The position numbers and the translations under genes were made by a program. From Stegostoma tigrinum (taxonomy: Eukaryota): a stretch of 64,000 nucleotides of DNA. This document shows, in pieces, positions 50,378 through 62,433 of the stretch (positions within the stretch are counted from its first letter, which is position 1; every line of letters starts with the position of its first letter). The notes beneath the pieces were generated by a model, which did not search any database, was not told where the DNA came from, and saw only the letters and a list, made by a program, of their open reading frames with translations. The stretch is from NCBI RefSeq assembly GCF_030684315.1, contig NC_081360.1, positions 77,799,780-77,863,779 of the forward strand, in the 5' to 3' direction.

Positions 50378-51460
50378 TCAAGTAGGTGGGTTGAGGTTAG
50401 TAGGTAGATGGGGGTGCGGCTTGGGGTGGGAGGAAGGGATGGGTGAGAGGAAGAACCAGTTAGGGAGGCAGAGACAGGTTGGACTGGTTTTGGGATGCAG
50501 TGGGTGGGGGGATGAGCTGGGCTGGTTGTGTGGTGCAGTGGGGGGAGGGGACGAACTGGGCTGGTTTAGGGATGCAGTTGGGGAAGGGGAAATTTTGAAA
50601 CTGGTGAAGTCCACATTGATACCATTAGGCTGCAGGGTTCCCAGGCGGAATATGAGTTGCTGTTCCTGCAACCTTCGGGTGGCATCATTGTGGCACTGCA
50701 GGAGGCCCATGATGGACATGTCATCTAAAGAATGAGAGGGGGAGTGGAAATGGTTTGTGACTGGGAGGTGCAGTTGTTTGTTGCGAACTGAGCGGAGTTG
50801 TTCTGCAAAGCGGTCTCCAAGCCTCCGTTTGGTTTCCCCAATGTAGAGGAAGCCACACCGGGTACAGTGGATACAGTATACCACATTGGCAGATGTGCAG
50901 GTGAACCTCTGCTTAATGTGGAATGTCATCTTGGGGCCTGGGATAGGGGTGAGGGAGGAGGTGTGGGGGCAAGTGTAGCATTTCCTGCGGTTGCAGGGGA
51001 AGGTGCTGGGTGTGGTGGGGTTGGAGGGCAGTGTGGAGCGAACAAGGGAGTCACGGAGAGAGTGGTCTCTCCGGAAAGCAGACAGGGGTGGAGATGGAAA
51101 AATGTCTTGGGTGGTGGGGTCGGATTGTAAATGGCGGAAGTGTTGGAGGATGATGCGTTGTATCCGGAGGTTGGTAGGGTGGTGTGTGAGAACGAGGGGG
51201 ATCCTCTTTGGGCGGTTGTGGCGGGGGCGGCGTGTGAGGGATGTGTTGCGGGAAATACGAGAGACGCGGTCAAGGGCGTTCTCAATCACCGTGGGGGGAA
51301 AGTTGCGGTCCTGGAAGAACTTGGACATCTGGGATGTGCGGGAGTGGAATGTCTTATCGTGGGAGCAGATGCGGCGGAGGCGGAGGAATTGGGAATAGGG
51401 GATGGAATTTTTGCAGGAGGGTGGGTGGGAGGAGGTGTATTCTAGGTAGCTGTGGGAGTC
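50378..51460 (-). CDS. PLE ORF C-terminal part (RT thumb, Cys linker, GIY-YIG endonuclease), 5'-truncated
   Basis: The frame stays open upstream of the listed Met: DSHSYLEYTSSHPPSCKNSIPYSQFLRLRRICS...PCNRRKCYTCPH...NVVYCIHCTRCGFLYIGETKRRLGDRFAEQ. The Cys linker suggests a Neptune-type PLE. Confidence 0.9.
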   Translation of the reverse strand, partial: DSHSYLEYTSSHPPSCKNSIPYSQFLRLRRICSHDKTFHSRTSQMSKFFQDRNFPPTVIENALDRVSRISRNTSLTRRPRHNRPKRIPLVLTHHPTNLRIQRIILQHFRHLQSDPTTQDIFPSPPLSAFRRDHSLRDSLVRSTLPSNPTTPSTFPCNRRKCYTCPHTSSLTPIPGPKMTFHIKQRFTCTSANVVYCIHCTRCGFLYIGETKRRLGDRFAEQLRSVRNKQLHLPVTNHFHSPSHSLDDMSIMGLLQCHNDATRRLQEQQLIFRLGTLQPNGINVDFTSFKISPSPTASLNQPSSSPPPTAPHNQPSSSPHPLHPKTSPTCLCLPNWFFLSPIPSSHPKPHPHLPTNLNPPT

Positions 51461-51761
51461 GGAAAAATAATTAGTTCACTTGAGTCATGCAACTATAAAA
51501 AGAACCCAACATGTACAATTAAAGGTAAGGGTATCCAGTAAATGCAATAAGAACAACCAATATGCAGCTGGAAATATTGCTACTTGAAGACATAATAGTT
51601 TATGTGTGAAGTATTCAAAGAAATGTTAAGGATAAGGCTCCGGCTGTGGTGTTCCAAATGCCTTCGTGGAATAATCGGAAAAACCTGTATATTTACCATC
51701 TCGTTAGCAATCGAGTTTTCCCTGTTATGACCAATCCTTCTAATGCACAGAATCTAATAAC

Positions 51762-52474
51762 TGTAGATGAGCAGAGAGATCTCGGTGCCCATGTGCACAG
51801 ATCCTTGAAAGTTGCCACCCAGGTTGACAGGGCTGTTAAGAAGGCATACAGTGTTTTAGCTTTTATTTATAGAGGGATCGAGTTCCGGAACCAAGAGGCT
51901 ATGGTGAAGCTGTACAAAACTCTGGTGCGGCCACACTTGGAGTATTGTGTACAGTTCTGGTCACCGTATTATAAGAAGGATGTGGAAGATTTGGAAAGGA
52001 TGCAGAGGAGATTTACTAGGATGTTGCCTGCTATGGAGGGAAGGTCTTACGAGGAAAGGCTGAGGGACTTGAGGCTGTTTTCGTTAGAGAGAAGAAGGTT
52101 GAGAGGTGAATTAATTGAGAGATGTAAAATAATCAGAAGGTTAGGTAGGGTGGATAGGGCGAGCCTTTTTTCTAGGATGGTGACAGCGAGCACGAGGGGG
52201 CATAGCTTTAAATTGAGGGGTGAAAGATTTAGGACAGATGTCAGAGGTAGTTTCTTTACTCAGAGAGTAGTAAGGGAATGGAATGCTTTGCCTGCAATGG
52301 CAGTAGATTTGCCAACTTTAAGTACATTTAAGTCGTCATTGGACAAGCATATGGATGTACATGGAATAGTGTAGTTTAGATAGGCTTCAGGTTGGTATGA
52401 CAGGCCAGCACAATATCGAGGGCCGAAGGGCCTGTACTGTGCAGTAATGTTCTATGTTCTGTGTTCTATGTTCT
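51762..52474 (+). mobile_element. Fairly young CR1 3' fragment of a second subfamily
   Basis: Open frame VDEQRDLGAHVHRSLK...LYKTLVRPHLEYCVQFWSP; (ttctatg)n tail. Confidence 0.93.
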
Positions 52475-52599
52475 AACTCGCTGCACAAATTATACCAATT
52501 AATTTGCTCCTCTGTTCTGAACACCGCTTATAGAATCTGTATCCATTGCTCAATGGACCTTTTTTTTGCAACAAACTAAAAACTAAACATGATTCAAAG

Positions 52600-53880
52600 T
52601 TTATTTACAAAAAAAAACTTTGTTGGTTTCCCTTGATGACCTTCCCAAGGGCCTTTCCTTGCCTCCTTCCTATTTTTCAGCAACAGCTGTCTTGCTGACG
52701 CCATCCAAAGGCACAAACTTAGTTTCATCACATACATTGTTGACACCAGCTCTGTTGTTAAATTGTCAGTCTGATCTAACATTCAGCCCTTGATAAACAA
52801 GTAATTTCCAACATAGCAAAGACTGAAGCCATTGATTTTAGTCCTCAACCTCAACTCGACGACCCAGCTATTGACTCCATTTCTCTCCCTGGAGTAACAA
52901 ATGGAGATTGCTCACAACTTTAATCCCACATTTCTCCTTGAAATGAACTTTTAGCCTCATTCATGCCATCACCATGACCCTACTTCCACCTCCATATTAT
53001 TTTTTTCGACGTTGTGCCTACCTAAGCTTATCTATGCTGATGCCCTCACCTATATCTTCATTAGGATTAGAATTCTAACCCTATTGCTCGGGCCTGTCGA
53101 CTCCAATGCATTTCTGGTGGTTTCTTACATTTTATCCTCCATAAACATGAGGTAATGCAATCATAATGCCTGGTCTTAGCTGTGAGGCTTCTTAGGCAAT
53201 TTCGGAGAGCATTTATGAAACAAAAACATTAAACCCCCGTTCCCTTATACCACTGACCTCAGTGCCCCATACTGACTTCCTAGAAAATCAACTTCATACT
53301 AAAATACTCCTCCTTGTTTTCAATTCCAAACATGGCTTTGCATCTCCCTGATTTTATAATCTTCTTCACTCCACAAGCCACCAAAAACATTTGTGTTTTT
53401 CTAGTGCTGGTCTTTTGTGTACTCTACACTACAATTATTATGTGGAGATGCCGGTGTTCGGCTGGGGTGGACAAACTCAGAAGTCACATGACACAAGATT
53501 ACACTTCAAAAGGTTTATTTAAAATCACAAGCTTTCGCGCCACTGCTCCTCCAGCAAGTCCACTTGATGAAGGAGCAGTGCTCTGAAAGCTTGCAATTTT
53601 ATATAAACCTGCTGCTTCATTATTGGCAGTGCTTTTGGTGCCGATGCCCTAAGTTCTGGGATTCCTTCGTAATGATCACAATTTCAGTATTACTTTACTC
53701 CTTGAAGCTACTTTTTAAAATTTACTTCTTTGACCAGGCTTTTGGCCATTTTACCAAATATCTCCTGATGTGGCTCAGTGTTTAATTTTTATTTCCTTTA
53801 ATGGTCCTGTGAAGTGCTTTGGGAGTTTTCATTATTCTAAAAGTGCAATACAAACAGAATTAATTATTATTGCTGACACA
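52600..53880 (+). mobile_element. Old L2-like LINE 3' fragment
   Basis: NIAKTEAI remnant at 52810-52840 and tail tgtgaagtgctttggga..aagtgcaatacaaa. Confidence 0.6.
53441..53613. mobile_element. Fold-back insertion of a further hammerhead-motif family
   Basis: aggtttatttaaaatcacaagctttc..cactgctcct is inverted against aggagcagtg..gaaagcttgcaattttatataaacct. Core ttgatga-a-ggagcagtgctct-gaaa-gc-tt. Confidence 0.7.
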
Positions 53881-54289
53881 ACGCAGTTCTTTTATAGATG
53901 CAAAAGCAGATCTAAATGGAGCAAATTGAATAAATCCCACTTACTTTGAAGGAGGTTTGCTCGGCAACAATCATAAGCCAGGCCTGTTTCTAAGACAGGC
54001 TTAGGGACACTAACAGTTGAAGCAAAGTATTGTGACATGAAAATTGTACAGAATTGCTTGTGCTAACTTCTATCACTGAAACTGTGACACTAGCACAAAC
54101 TGTGAAACCAAACATATCTTTGTTACAGTCCTTTTATGCAATATACAAAATAAATCGGTCCCATTTCGGCATAGGTTATATAATTCAAAACAGGCCATTC
54201 AGCCAAACCAACACATGTCCGTAGTTATGTTTACTGGAGCCACCCCCCAAATTTTCCATATAACTGTATCCTCGGTTGCCATGGGATCA

Positions 54290-54535
54290 TAAGGCATCAG
54301 AGCATAATTAGGTCATTTGGCCTATCAAATCTGTTCTGCTGTTCAATCATGGCAGACGTGTTTTTCAGTCCCATTCCCCTGCCTTCTCCCTGTTGCCTTC
54401 GATCCTCTTACTAATTCAGAAACTATCCATCTCTGCCTTAACTGCACGAAATGACTTGGCCTCCTCAGGTCTCTGCAGCAATCAGTTTCACAGTTCCACC
54501 ATCCTCTTGCTGAAGAAAGACCACCTCATCTCAGA
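54290..54535 (-). mobile_element. CR1 3' end fragment
   Basis: Homologous to 45445-45700. Confidence 0.7.
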
Positions 54536-54679
54536 GCTGTGAGGCTTCTTAGGTAATTTCAGAGAGCTTTTAAGAAACAAGAACATTGATGTAGATATGA
54601 ATCATCCTCTGCCAGACCAGACACTGGCACATGTGTTTCCCGAAGTGCATGAGTGAACCATTGATTCTTTCTAACAAAC

Positions 54680-55645
54680 CATAGAGTCACAGAGTCATAC
54701 AGCATAGAAACAGACCTTTTGGTCCAACTCGTCAATGCCAACCAAGTTCACCAAACTAAACTAGTCCCACTTGCCTGCATTTTACCATTATCCCTCTAAA
54801 CATTTCCTATTCTTGCCCCTGTCCAAATGTCTTTTAAATGTTGAAAATGTGCCTGCATCTATTAATTCCTTTAGCAATTAATTCTGTGTAAGAACCACCC
54901 ATTGCGTGAAAAAGTTGCCCCTCAGGTCCCTTTTATACTTTTCTCCTTCACCTTAGAAATATGCCCTCTAGTGTTGAATTTCTCCATTTTAGGGAAAATG
55001 ACTCACCTTACCTGTGCCCCTCATGATTTTATAAACTTTTATATGGTCACCCCTCACCTTCTAATGCTCCAGTGAAAGAAGTTCCAGCCTATTCAGCCTC
55101 TCCCTTTGACACAAATCCTCCAGTCCCAGCAACATTGTGGTAAATCTTTTCTGAACCCTCTTCAATTTAATGTCATCCTTGCTGTAGTAGGGTATCTAGA
55201 ACTGTACAGTGTTCCAAAACAGGCTCACCAATGTCCTGTAGAACCTCAACATGACATCCTAACTCCTACACTCAGTGGTCTGAGCGTCAAAGGCAAGTGA
55301 GTCAAATGCCTTCTTAACCACTTTTAACTACCTGTGATGCAAATTTAAACTATGTACCTGAATTCCTAGGTCTCTCTATTCAACAACACTATCCAGGATC
55401 CTACCATTGACTGTATAAGTCCTGCCCTTGTTTGTTTTATCAAAATGCAATAACTCAAATTCATCCAAATTAAGCTCTCAGCCCATTGGCCCAATTGATG
55501 AAGATCCTGTTGTACTCTGAAATAACCTTCTTCACTGTCACTTGACCAAAAATGTTGGTGTCATCAGCAAACTTACTAACCATCCCTCCTAACTCCAAAT
55601 CATTTATATAAATGACGAACACAGTGGACCCAACACTGATCCCTT
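54680..55645 (-). mobile_element. CR1 RT-to-3' fragment
   Basis: GSVLGPL and SKFADDT on the minus strand at 55555-55645; tail (ctctgtga/ctctatg). Confidence 0.85.
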
Positions 55646-56574
55646 AGAATACCTTATGCAATTACTGGTACTAGATTTTTAATTCCAAATGCGTTTGAAC
55701 AAATGAACTGAAATTCCCTGCCTGCGTGAAGGGATTTAGACTAACATCTGTGGAGTATTTGGCTAAGTTTTTGGATTATTATTCCAGTAACATAATCACG
55801 GAGACACTGCAAATACAGCCTTCCAGGCAAGTTTTCAATGCTCTTATGACTCGTATACTTGTTCCGATGCCTTTCAAAAACAACTACTTGCCTCAACCAG
55901 CCACTGTGGTAGTATGAGCAAGGTACCTTAGAAGGTCACAGGGCAGTTAGATACAATCACAAATCATTGGGTGAGGGAAAGTCTTCATCTACAGATAATG
56001 ATCAACATCAGCGGAAAAGATGCAGCTAATTAACCATGAATATTAAATCCTTCGGAAACATGATCTTTAAAAAAAAAGGTGCAAGGGCTGATCTGGGTCT
56101 GATGACAGATCCAAAGGGCAGCTGGATCCATGATCTGGATGAAAGAGATCAGTTTCCTACAAAGGGGAATGAATGTTGATCCAACTTGGAGGGACCTGAT
56201 CCTGATCCCCGCAAGAACGGGGGCCCAAATCCAAATGGGTAGCTGATCTGGGATCTGCACTTCTGTTAGCTTGTGCATTAGTTTGTTTGTCGTCCTGCCA
56301 AGATTCTACACATGGTAAAAGTAATTTTACTGTTCCTAAATTCTACATACCTAGATATAAATTCCAGGCTGTGAACATTTATGCCTCCTTTTTCCTTCAT
56401 GCTATTGCCAGGATTTTTGACTTGTATGCCTAAATCCCTTTGCTCTTTTACACTAATTAGTTTATTTTCTAAAGGTACAAGTGTTTTCTTTGAAATGTAA
56501 TTAAAAAGCATAACTGAAAATTTATCTCAGTTCAAGTTCATTCATCATTCCATTTCTGTCTTTTGTATGACATG

Positions 56575-58095
56575 AACTTAGAACATTGAATGTGGAACAG
56601 TACAGCACAGTACAGGCCCTTTGGCCAACAATGTTGTGCCAACCTATTATCTTACTAAGATCAAGCTACTCTGCATACCCTACATTATACTATCATCCAT
56701 GTGCCTATCCAAGAGTCGCTTAATGGTGTCTAAAGTATATGGTTACACAACCATTGCCAGCAGCTCATTCCACATGCCCACCACTGTCTGTGTAAAGAAC
56801 CTACCACTGACATCTCCCCTATACCTTCCTTACAACAATCACCTTAAAATTAAGCTCCCTCATAATAACGCCCTGGGAAAAAGCCTCTGGTTATTCACTC
56901 TATCTACGCCTTTCATCATCTTGTACACCTCTATCAAGTCACCCTCCATCCTTCTTTGCTTCAATGAAAAAACCATAGCTCCCTCAACCTTTCCTCATAA
57001 GACCTGCCCTCCAAAACAGGCAGCATCCTGGTAAATCTCCTTTGCACCTTCTCTAGAGGTTCCACATCTTTCCTATAATGAGGCAACCAGAGCTGAACAC
57101 AATATTCCAAGTGTGGTCTAATCAGGGTTTTATAGAGCTGCAGCATAACCTTGTGACTCTTGAACTCAATTCCCCTGGCAATGACAGCCAACACACCATA
57201 CACCTTTTTTAAGACATTATCAACTTGGGTAGAAATTTTGAGGGATCTATGGACATAGACCCCAAGATCCCTCTGTTCCTTCACACTGCCAAGAATCCTA
57301 CCATTAGCCCAATATTCTGCATTCAAATTCAACCTTCCAAAATGAATCCCTTCACACTTTTCTGGGTTGAATTACATCTGCCACTTCTTTGCCCAGCTCT
57401 ACATCCTGTCAATGCCCTGTTGCAACCCACAACAGCCTCCAAGCTATCCATAACTCCACCAACCTTCATGCCATCAGCAAACTTACTGACCCAACCTTTC
57501 ACTTCCTCATCCAAGTCATTTATAAAGGTCACAAAGAGCAGAGGTCCCAGAACAGATGCCTGTGGAACACCACTGGTCACCGAGCTCCAGGCTATTACCA
57601 CTTTCTGCCTTCTATTGGACTGCCAGTTTTGTATCCAGAGAACCAAATTTCCCTGAATCCCAAGCCTCCTTACTTTCTGAATCAGTATACCATGGGGAAC
57701 TTTATCGAATGCCTCGCTAAAGTCCATATACGCCACTTCCACAGCACTGCCTTCATCAATGTGTTTTGTCACATCCTCAAACAATTCAATAAGGCTTGTG
57801 AGGCATGATCTGCCCCTCACAAAGCCATGCCAACTACTTCTAATCAAACTGTGCTTTTCCAAATAATCATAAATACTATCGCTCAGAGTCCTGTCCAATT
57901 ATTTGCTCACCATAAACATAAGGCTGGCCGGTCTGTAATTCCCAAAATTACCCCATTCTCTTTCTTGAACAAGGGAATGACATTTGCCACCCTCCAATTA
58001 TCTGATACTACTCAAGTGGACAGTGAGGATGCAAAGATCTTTGCCAAAGGGGCAGCAATTTCTTCCCTCACTTTACGTAATAAGCTTGGATATAT
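56575..58095 (-). mobile_element. CR1 RT-to-3' fragment
   Basis: ORFs 57329-57898 (GRSCLTSL, AFDKVPH, SGVPQ..LGPLLF) and 56961-57332. Confidence 0.93.
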
Positions 58096-58206
58096 AGTGT
58101 TTAGCTCAGTGCTTCCTCCCTGTTCACTGTATAGACCCCATTCCCACTGTTTGTCATTATCTGCAAATTTTGATCTGGAATTAAACATTCTAAACTAAAA
58201 CAGAAT

Positions 58207-58302
58207 TGTTCTGAAGAAGGGTCTAGGCCCAAAACGTCTGCTTTCCTGCTCCTCTGATGCTGCTTGACCTGCTGTGTTCATCCAGCTCTACACCATGTTA
58301 TC
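58207..58302 (+). mobile_element. Single PLE pLTR fragment with decayed hammerhead motif
   Basis: ctgaagaagggtctaggcccaaaacgtc...gttatc. Possible 7-bp TSD acagaat at 58200-58206 and 58303-58309. Confidence 0.8.
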
Positions 58303-59754
58303 ACAGAATAACACTAGGCCAGTTTTATTTGTTCTGGAACTTCCCTTTGTAAATAGTTACAATTCACACTGAATATATCCCAATGAGGAACGATGATTCT
58401 CAGAAGGGGATAAACCGACCCTGGTTAACAAAGTGAAGAGTGGCATCAGTTTGGAAGAAAATACATACAATGTAGCGATGATTAGCGGCAAGAGAGAGAT
58501 TTGGGAAAGATTTCACCACAAATGAAAGATGACTAAGAAAAATAAGGAGGGAGGAAATAAGGATGGCAAACATGACAGTAAGATAATTACAGAAAACAGG
58601 TGCTTATTTAAATGTATAAATAGAAACAGAAAAGCTAAAGTGAGCATAAGCCAGTTAAGTTGACATTAGAGAACAAATTTGGGAAAATATTAATAAGGAA
58701 CCAAGAAATGGTAGAGGAATTGAGTAAGTATTTTGCATCATTCTAAATGGTAGAAAGCACGAATAGCATTTCAAATTTACTAAAAAATCTAGGGGCAAAT
58801 GCAGGTAAGGAAATAGATACAGTGATTACCACTAGAGAGAAAGAAGAAAAGGAAGCTCATGGGGCTGAAAGTTGAGCAGTCCTTTGGGCCTGATTGGTAA
58901 CATCCTGGGAGATTAAATGAAGCTGGCTGCAGAGATAATGGGATTTTGATAGCAAACTTCCATGATTTGTTCAGTTCAGGAAAAGTTCCAGAAGACTGGA
59001 AAACTGACAATCCTTATTCAAAAAGAAATGGAGACAAAAACTGATAGGCCAAATATCTTGATGTCTGTTCTTTAGAAATGTTATCATTGGTCAGAAAGGA
59101 AGTAATAGCAGCTCTTTCAGAAATACATGGGTCTCACCAAGCAGGGTCAGCAAAGCTTCATGAAGGGGAAGTCATTCCTGACAAATTCATTCAAATTCTT
59201 TAAGGAAATAACAAGAAGGATAAATAAAGGGAAACTAGTAGATGTAACATATTTGGAATTCTCAAAGGCATTTGATAAGGTATCATACATTAGGCAAAGT
59301 GTTAGATGAGAGCCTGTTGTTTGGGTGCTGTATATTAGCATAAGTAGAGGCTGGGCGAACTAAGAGAAGACAGATTTGGGATAATGGGATGATTTCAGGA
59401 TGTCAGCGTGTAATTGGATGAGTGCCACAGGGATCAGTGCTGTGGCCACAATTATTTACAATGTATATTAATGACTCAAATGAGGGAAGTCAATACAGAG
59501 TCACCACATTTGCAGATGACATAAAAATAAATGGCAAAACAAATGATGAGGATGTCACAGGTAGATATGGAGAGATTAAACAAATGGGTAAAAACTTGGG
59601 ATATGGACAATAATTTGGAAAAATGTGATGCTAGGAATTTTAGCAGGAAGAATAAGTGAGCTGAATATTATTTGTGGTGGAGGACACAGAAAGCAGCAGC
59701 ACTGAGGGATTTTGGAGGTCCCTGCGCATAAGTCACAAAATACTGAAGTATAAG

Positions 59755-59896
59755 AGATAGTAGGAACTGCAGACGTTGGGCAATCTGAGATAACAAGGTG
59801 GAGAGCTGGATGAACACAGCTGGCGAAGCAGCATCAGAGGAGCAGGATGCTGCTTGGCCTGCTGTGTTCATCCACCTCTAGACCTTGCTATCTCAG
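59755..59896. mobile_element. PLE pLTR hairpin insertion (tail on the left), 13-bp TSD
   Basis: TSD actgaagYataag at 59742-59754 and 59897-59909. Confidence 0.88.
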
Positions 59897-60469
59897 ACTG
59901 AAGCATAAGTTCACCAGGTAATAAGGAAGGCAAAGAAATAGTGGCTTGCTCTCCAAAAGGGATGAATTCTAATCATAGGGAAGTCTTGTGATAGAAAGCA
60001 CTAGTTAGGTTGTAGTTTTGGTTCCCTCATATAAGGAAAAATACATGGGAATTGGAGGTAATCCAGAGAAGGTTGACTGGGTTGATTTTTGGAAAGGATG
60101 GAGATTTTTTTTAAGAGGACAGATTGAGTAATTTTGCATTGTAGACCTTGGTGATTAGAAGAATGAGAGACAATCTTAGTGGAAAATGTAAGATTCTTAG
60201 GGGGCAGAGTATGTGCTGAGATGATGCTTCTCCGTGTAGAAGAGTCTATGGTGAAAGCATATTCTCAGGGTAAGGAATTCGGATAGAGATGTAGAGGAAT
60301 TACTTCCCTCAGTGCATAATGAATCTGTGGAATTCTTAATGTGGAGGGCTGTAGAGACTCTGTTATTTTCATATTCAAGGCTGAAATAGACAGATTTTTG
60401 ATCAGTAAAAGAATCAGATGTTATTGGGAAACAGTAGGAAAGTGGAGTTTAGAATTATCAGATTAGTCA

Positions 60470-61484
60470 ATAGAACATAGAACATAGAACATAGAACAGT
60501 ACAGCACAGAACAGGCCCTTCAGCCCACAATGTTGTGCCGACCATTGATCCTCATGGATGCACCCTCAAATTTCTGTGACCATATGCATGTCCAGCAGTC
60601 TCTTAAATGACCCCAATGACCTTGCTTCCACAACTGCTGCTGGCAACGCATTCCATGCTCTCACAACTCTCTGCGTAAAGAACCTGCCTCTGACATCCCC
60701 TCTATACTTTCCACCAACCAGCTTAAAACTATGACCCCTCGTGCTAGCCATTTCTGCCCTGGGAAATAGTCTCTGGCTATCGACTCTATCTATGCCTCTC
60801 ATTATCTTGTATACCTCAATTAGGTCCCCTCTCCTCCTCCTTTTCTCCAATGAAAAGAGACCGAGCTCAGTCAACCTCTCTTCATAAGATAAGCCCTCCA
60901 GTCCAGGCAGCATCCTGGTAAACCTCCTCTGAACCCTCTCCAAAGCATCCACATCTTTCCTATAATAGGGCGCCCAGAACTGGACGCAGTATTCCAAGTG
61001 CAGTCTAACCAAAGTTTTATAGAGCTGCAACAAGATCTCACGACTCTTAAACTCAATCCCCCTGTTAATGAAAGCCAAAACACCATATGCTTTCTTAACA
61101 ACCCTGTCCACTTGGGTGGCCATTTTAAGGGATCTATGTATCTGCACACCAAGATCCCTCTGTTCCTCCACGCTGCCAAGAATCCTATCCTTAATCCTGT
61201 ACTCAGCTTTCAAATTCGACCTTCCAAAATGCATCACCTCGCATTTATCCAGGTTGAACTCCATCTGCCACCTCTCAGCCCATCTCTGCATCCTGTCAAT
61301 GTCCCGCTGCAGCCTACAACAGCCCTCTACACTGTCAACGACACCTCCGACCTTTGTGTCGTCTGCAAACTTGCTGACCCATCCTTCAATTCCCTCGTCC
61401 AAGTCATTAATAAAAATTACAAACAGTAGAGGCCCAAGGACAGAGCCCTGTGGAACCCCACTCACCACTGACTTCCAGGCAGAA
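60470..61484 (-). mobile_element. Young 5'-truncated CR1, copy C
   Basis: Open frame SAWKSVVSGVPQGSVLGPLLF..FADDTK to the C-terminus; (catagaa)n tail. Inserted in the 3' UTR of an older CR1. Confidence 0.96.
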
Positions 61485-61783
61485 TGTATAATTGAATGAT
61501 GCAGCAGACTCAATGGGCCAAATAGTCTATTTCTGTTCCCTTGTTTTGTCCTAAGGTCATGTTCTGGTCATGATTCTCTAATTTATTATAGCTCCAGACA
61601 GGTCATAAATTGTTAACCTCCTAAATGAGGAGAGATGAATTAACTCCACTTCTTAATTCACCTACCTCCTCAAAGTATTCATGCAGTTTGTCTCCACAGT
61701 CTATAGTGCGGTTGAGTAGGGATGATCCAGCCCCCTCAGTTTTGTCGTTATAAGAGATCACAGTACAGGTTGATGTCACTTAC

Positions 61784-61827
61784 CTCTTCACCCTTTGAAG
61801 GACTGTTTTCTGTGGTCCACTTCACAC
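61784..61827 (-). CDS. Candidate 44-bp host exon (unidentified)
   Basis: tttcatacttatag|GTGTGAAG...GGTGAAGAG|gtaagt. One open frame, (G)VKWTTENSPSKGEE. The acceptor is weak. Confidence 0.25.
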
Positions 61828-62433
61828 CTATAAGTATGAAATTCTACAGGTCCCCTTCAATCCATCCCAAGCCATTTTTGGCTGTATTTGGCCTCATTTT
61901 AAAACAAAACATATTTTGGAATTTCAAGCCAAAAATGTCCAGGATATTTTGGAGTCTCACTCGTGGTGATGACAATTTTCAAAAGCCTATCACCCGAGAA
62001 TGAAGTTGCCAAATAGACACAAAGTCAGTGAAAAAAAAATGCCCAGAATGTGAAGGGTTTTGTTTTTCTGCTTATTGCACTGCATTTTTAAAAGAACTGC
62101 TGATAGTTGATTGGATCCAGAAATATAACATTACCAATTAATCCAATATAAACAAAAATGGTGCTTACTTTGGATGAATTGGGAACGTAATTATTTTAAA
62201 ACCTGTGGATGATGTAATTTTTGTTACTACTACTGTGAATTAGAGTAATATTTTTTCCATTAATGGTGCAACAGCTGTCGGCATAAGCTATGATTTGAAA
62301 TGATGGTGTTCATAATATTGTGTTGAGTAAATATTTCCACCATTCATGTTTCTCTGTATGCAGAAAACCTAAACTATTAGTATACCGGTATTCATGAACA
62401 TTATATGTTTAAAACTAAAAACACACATGCACA

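Larger units (their letters stand above)
50143..51461 (-). mobile_element. Young 5'-truncated Penelope-like element with 13-bp TSD
   Basis: TSD gaaaaataattag at 50130-50142 and 51462-51474. CpG-rich, open frame, pLTR at 50143-50240. Confidence 0.95.
58385..61555 (+). mobile_element. Old CR1 ORF2-to-3' UTR carrying two nested insertions
   Basis: KAFDKVS (ORF 59127) and PQGSVLWPQLF..FADD (ORF 59422). The 3' UTR resumes at about 61485. Confidence 0.85.

Noticed and set aside
56099-56246. C/D box snoRNA (TGATGA...CTGA)
   Set aside because: There is no terminal stem and no recognisable guide sequence.
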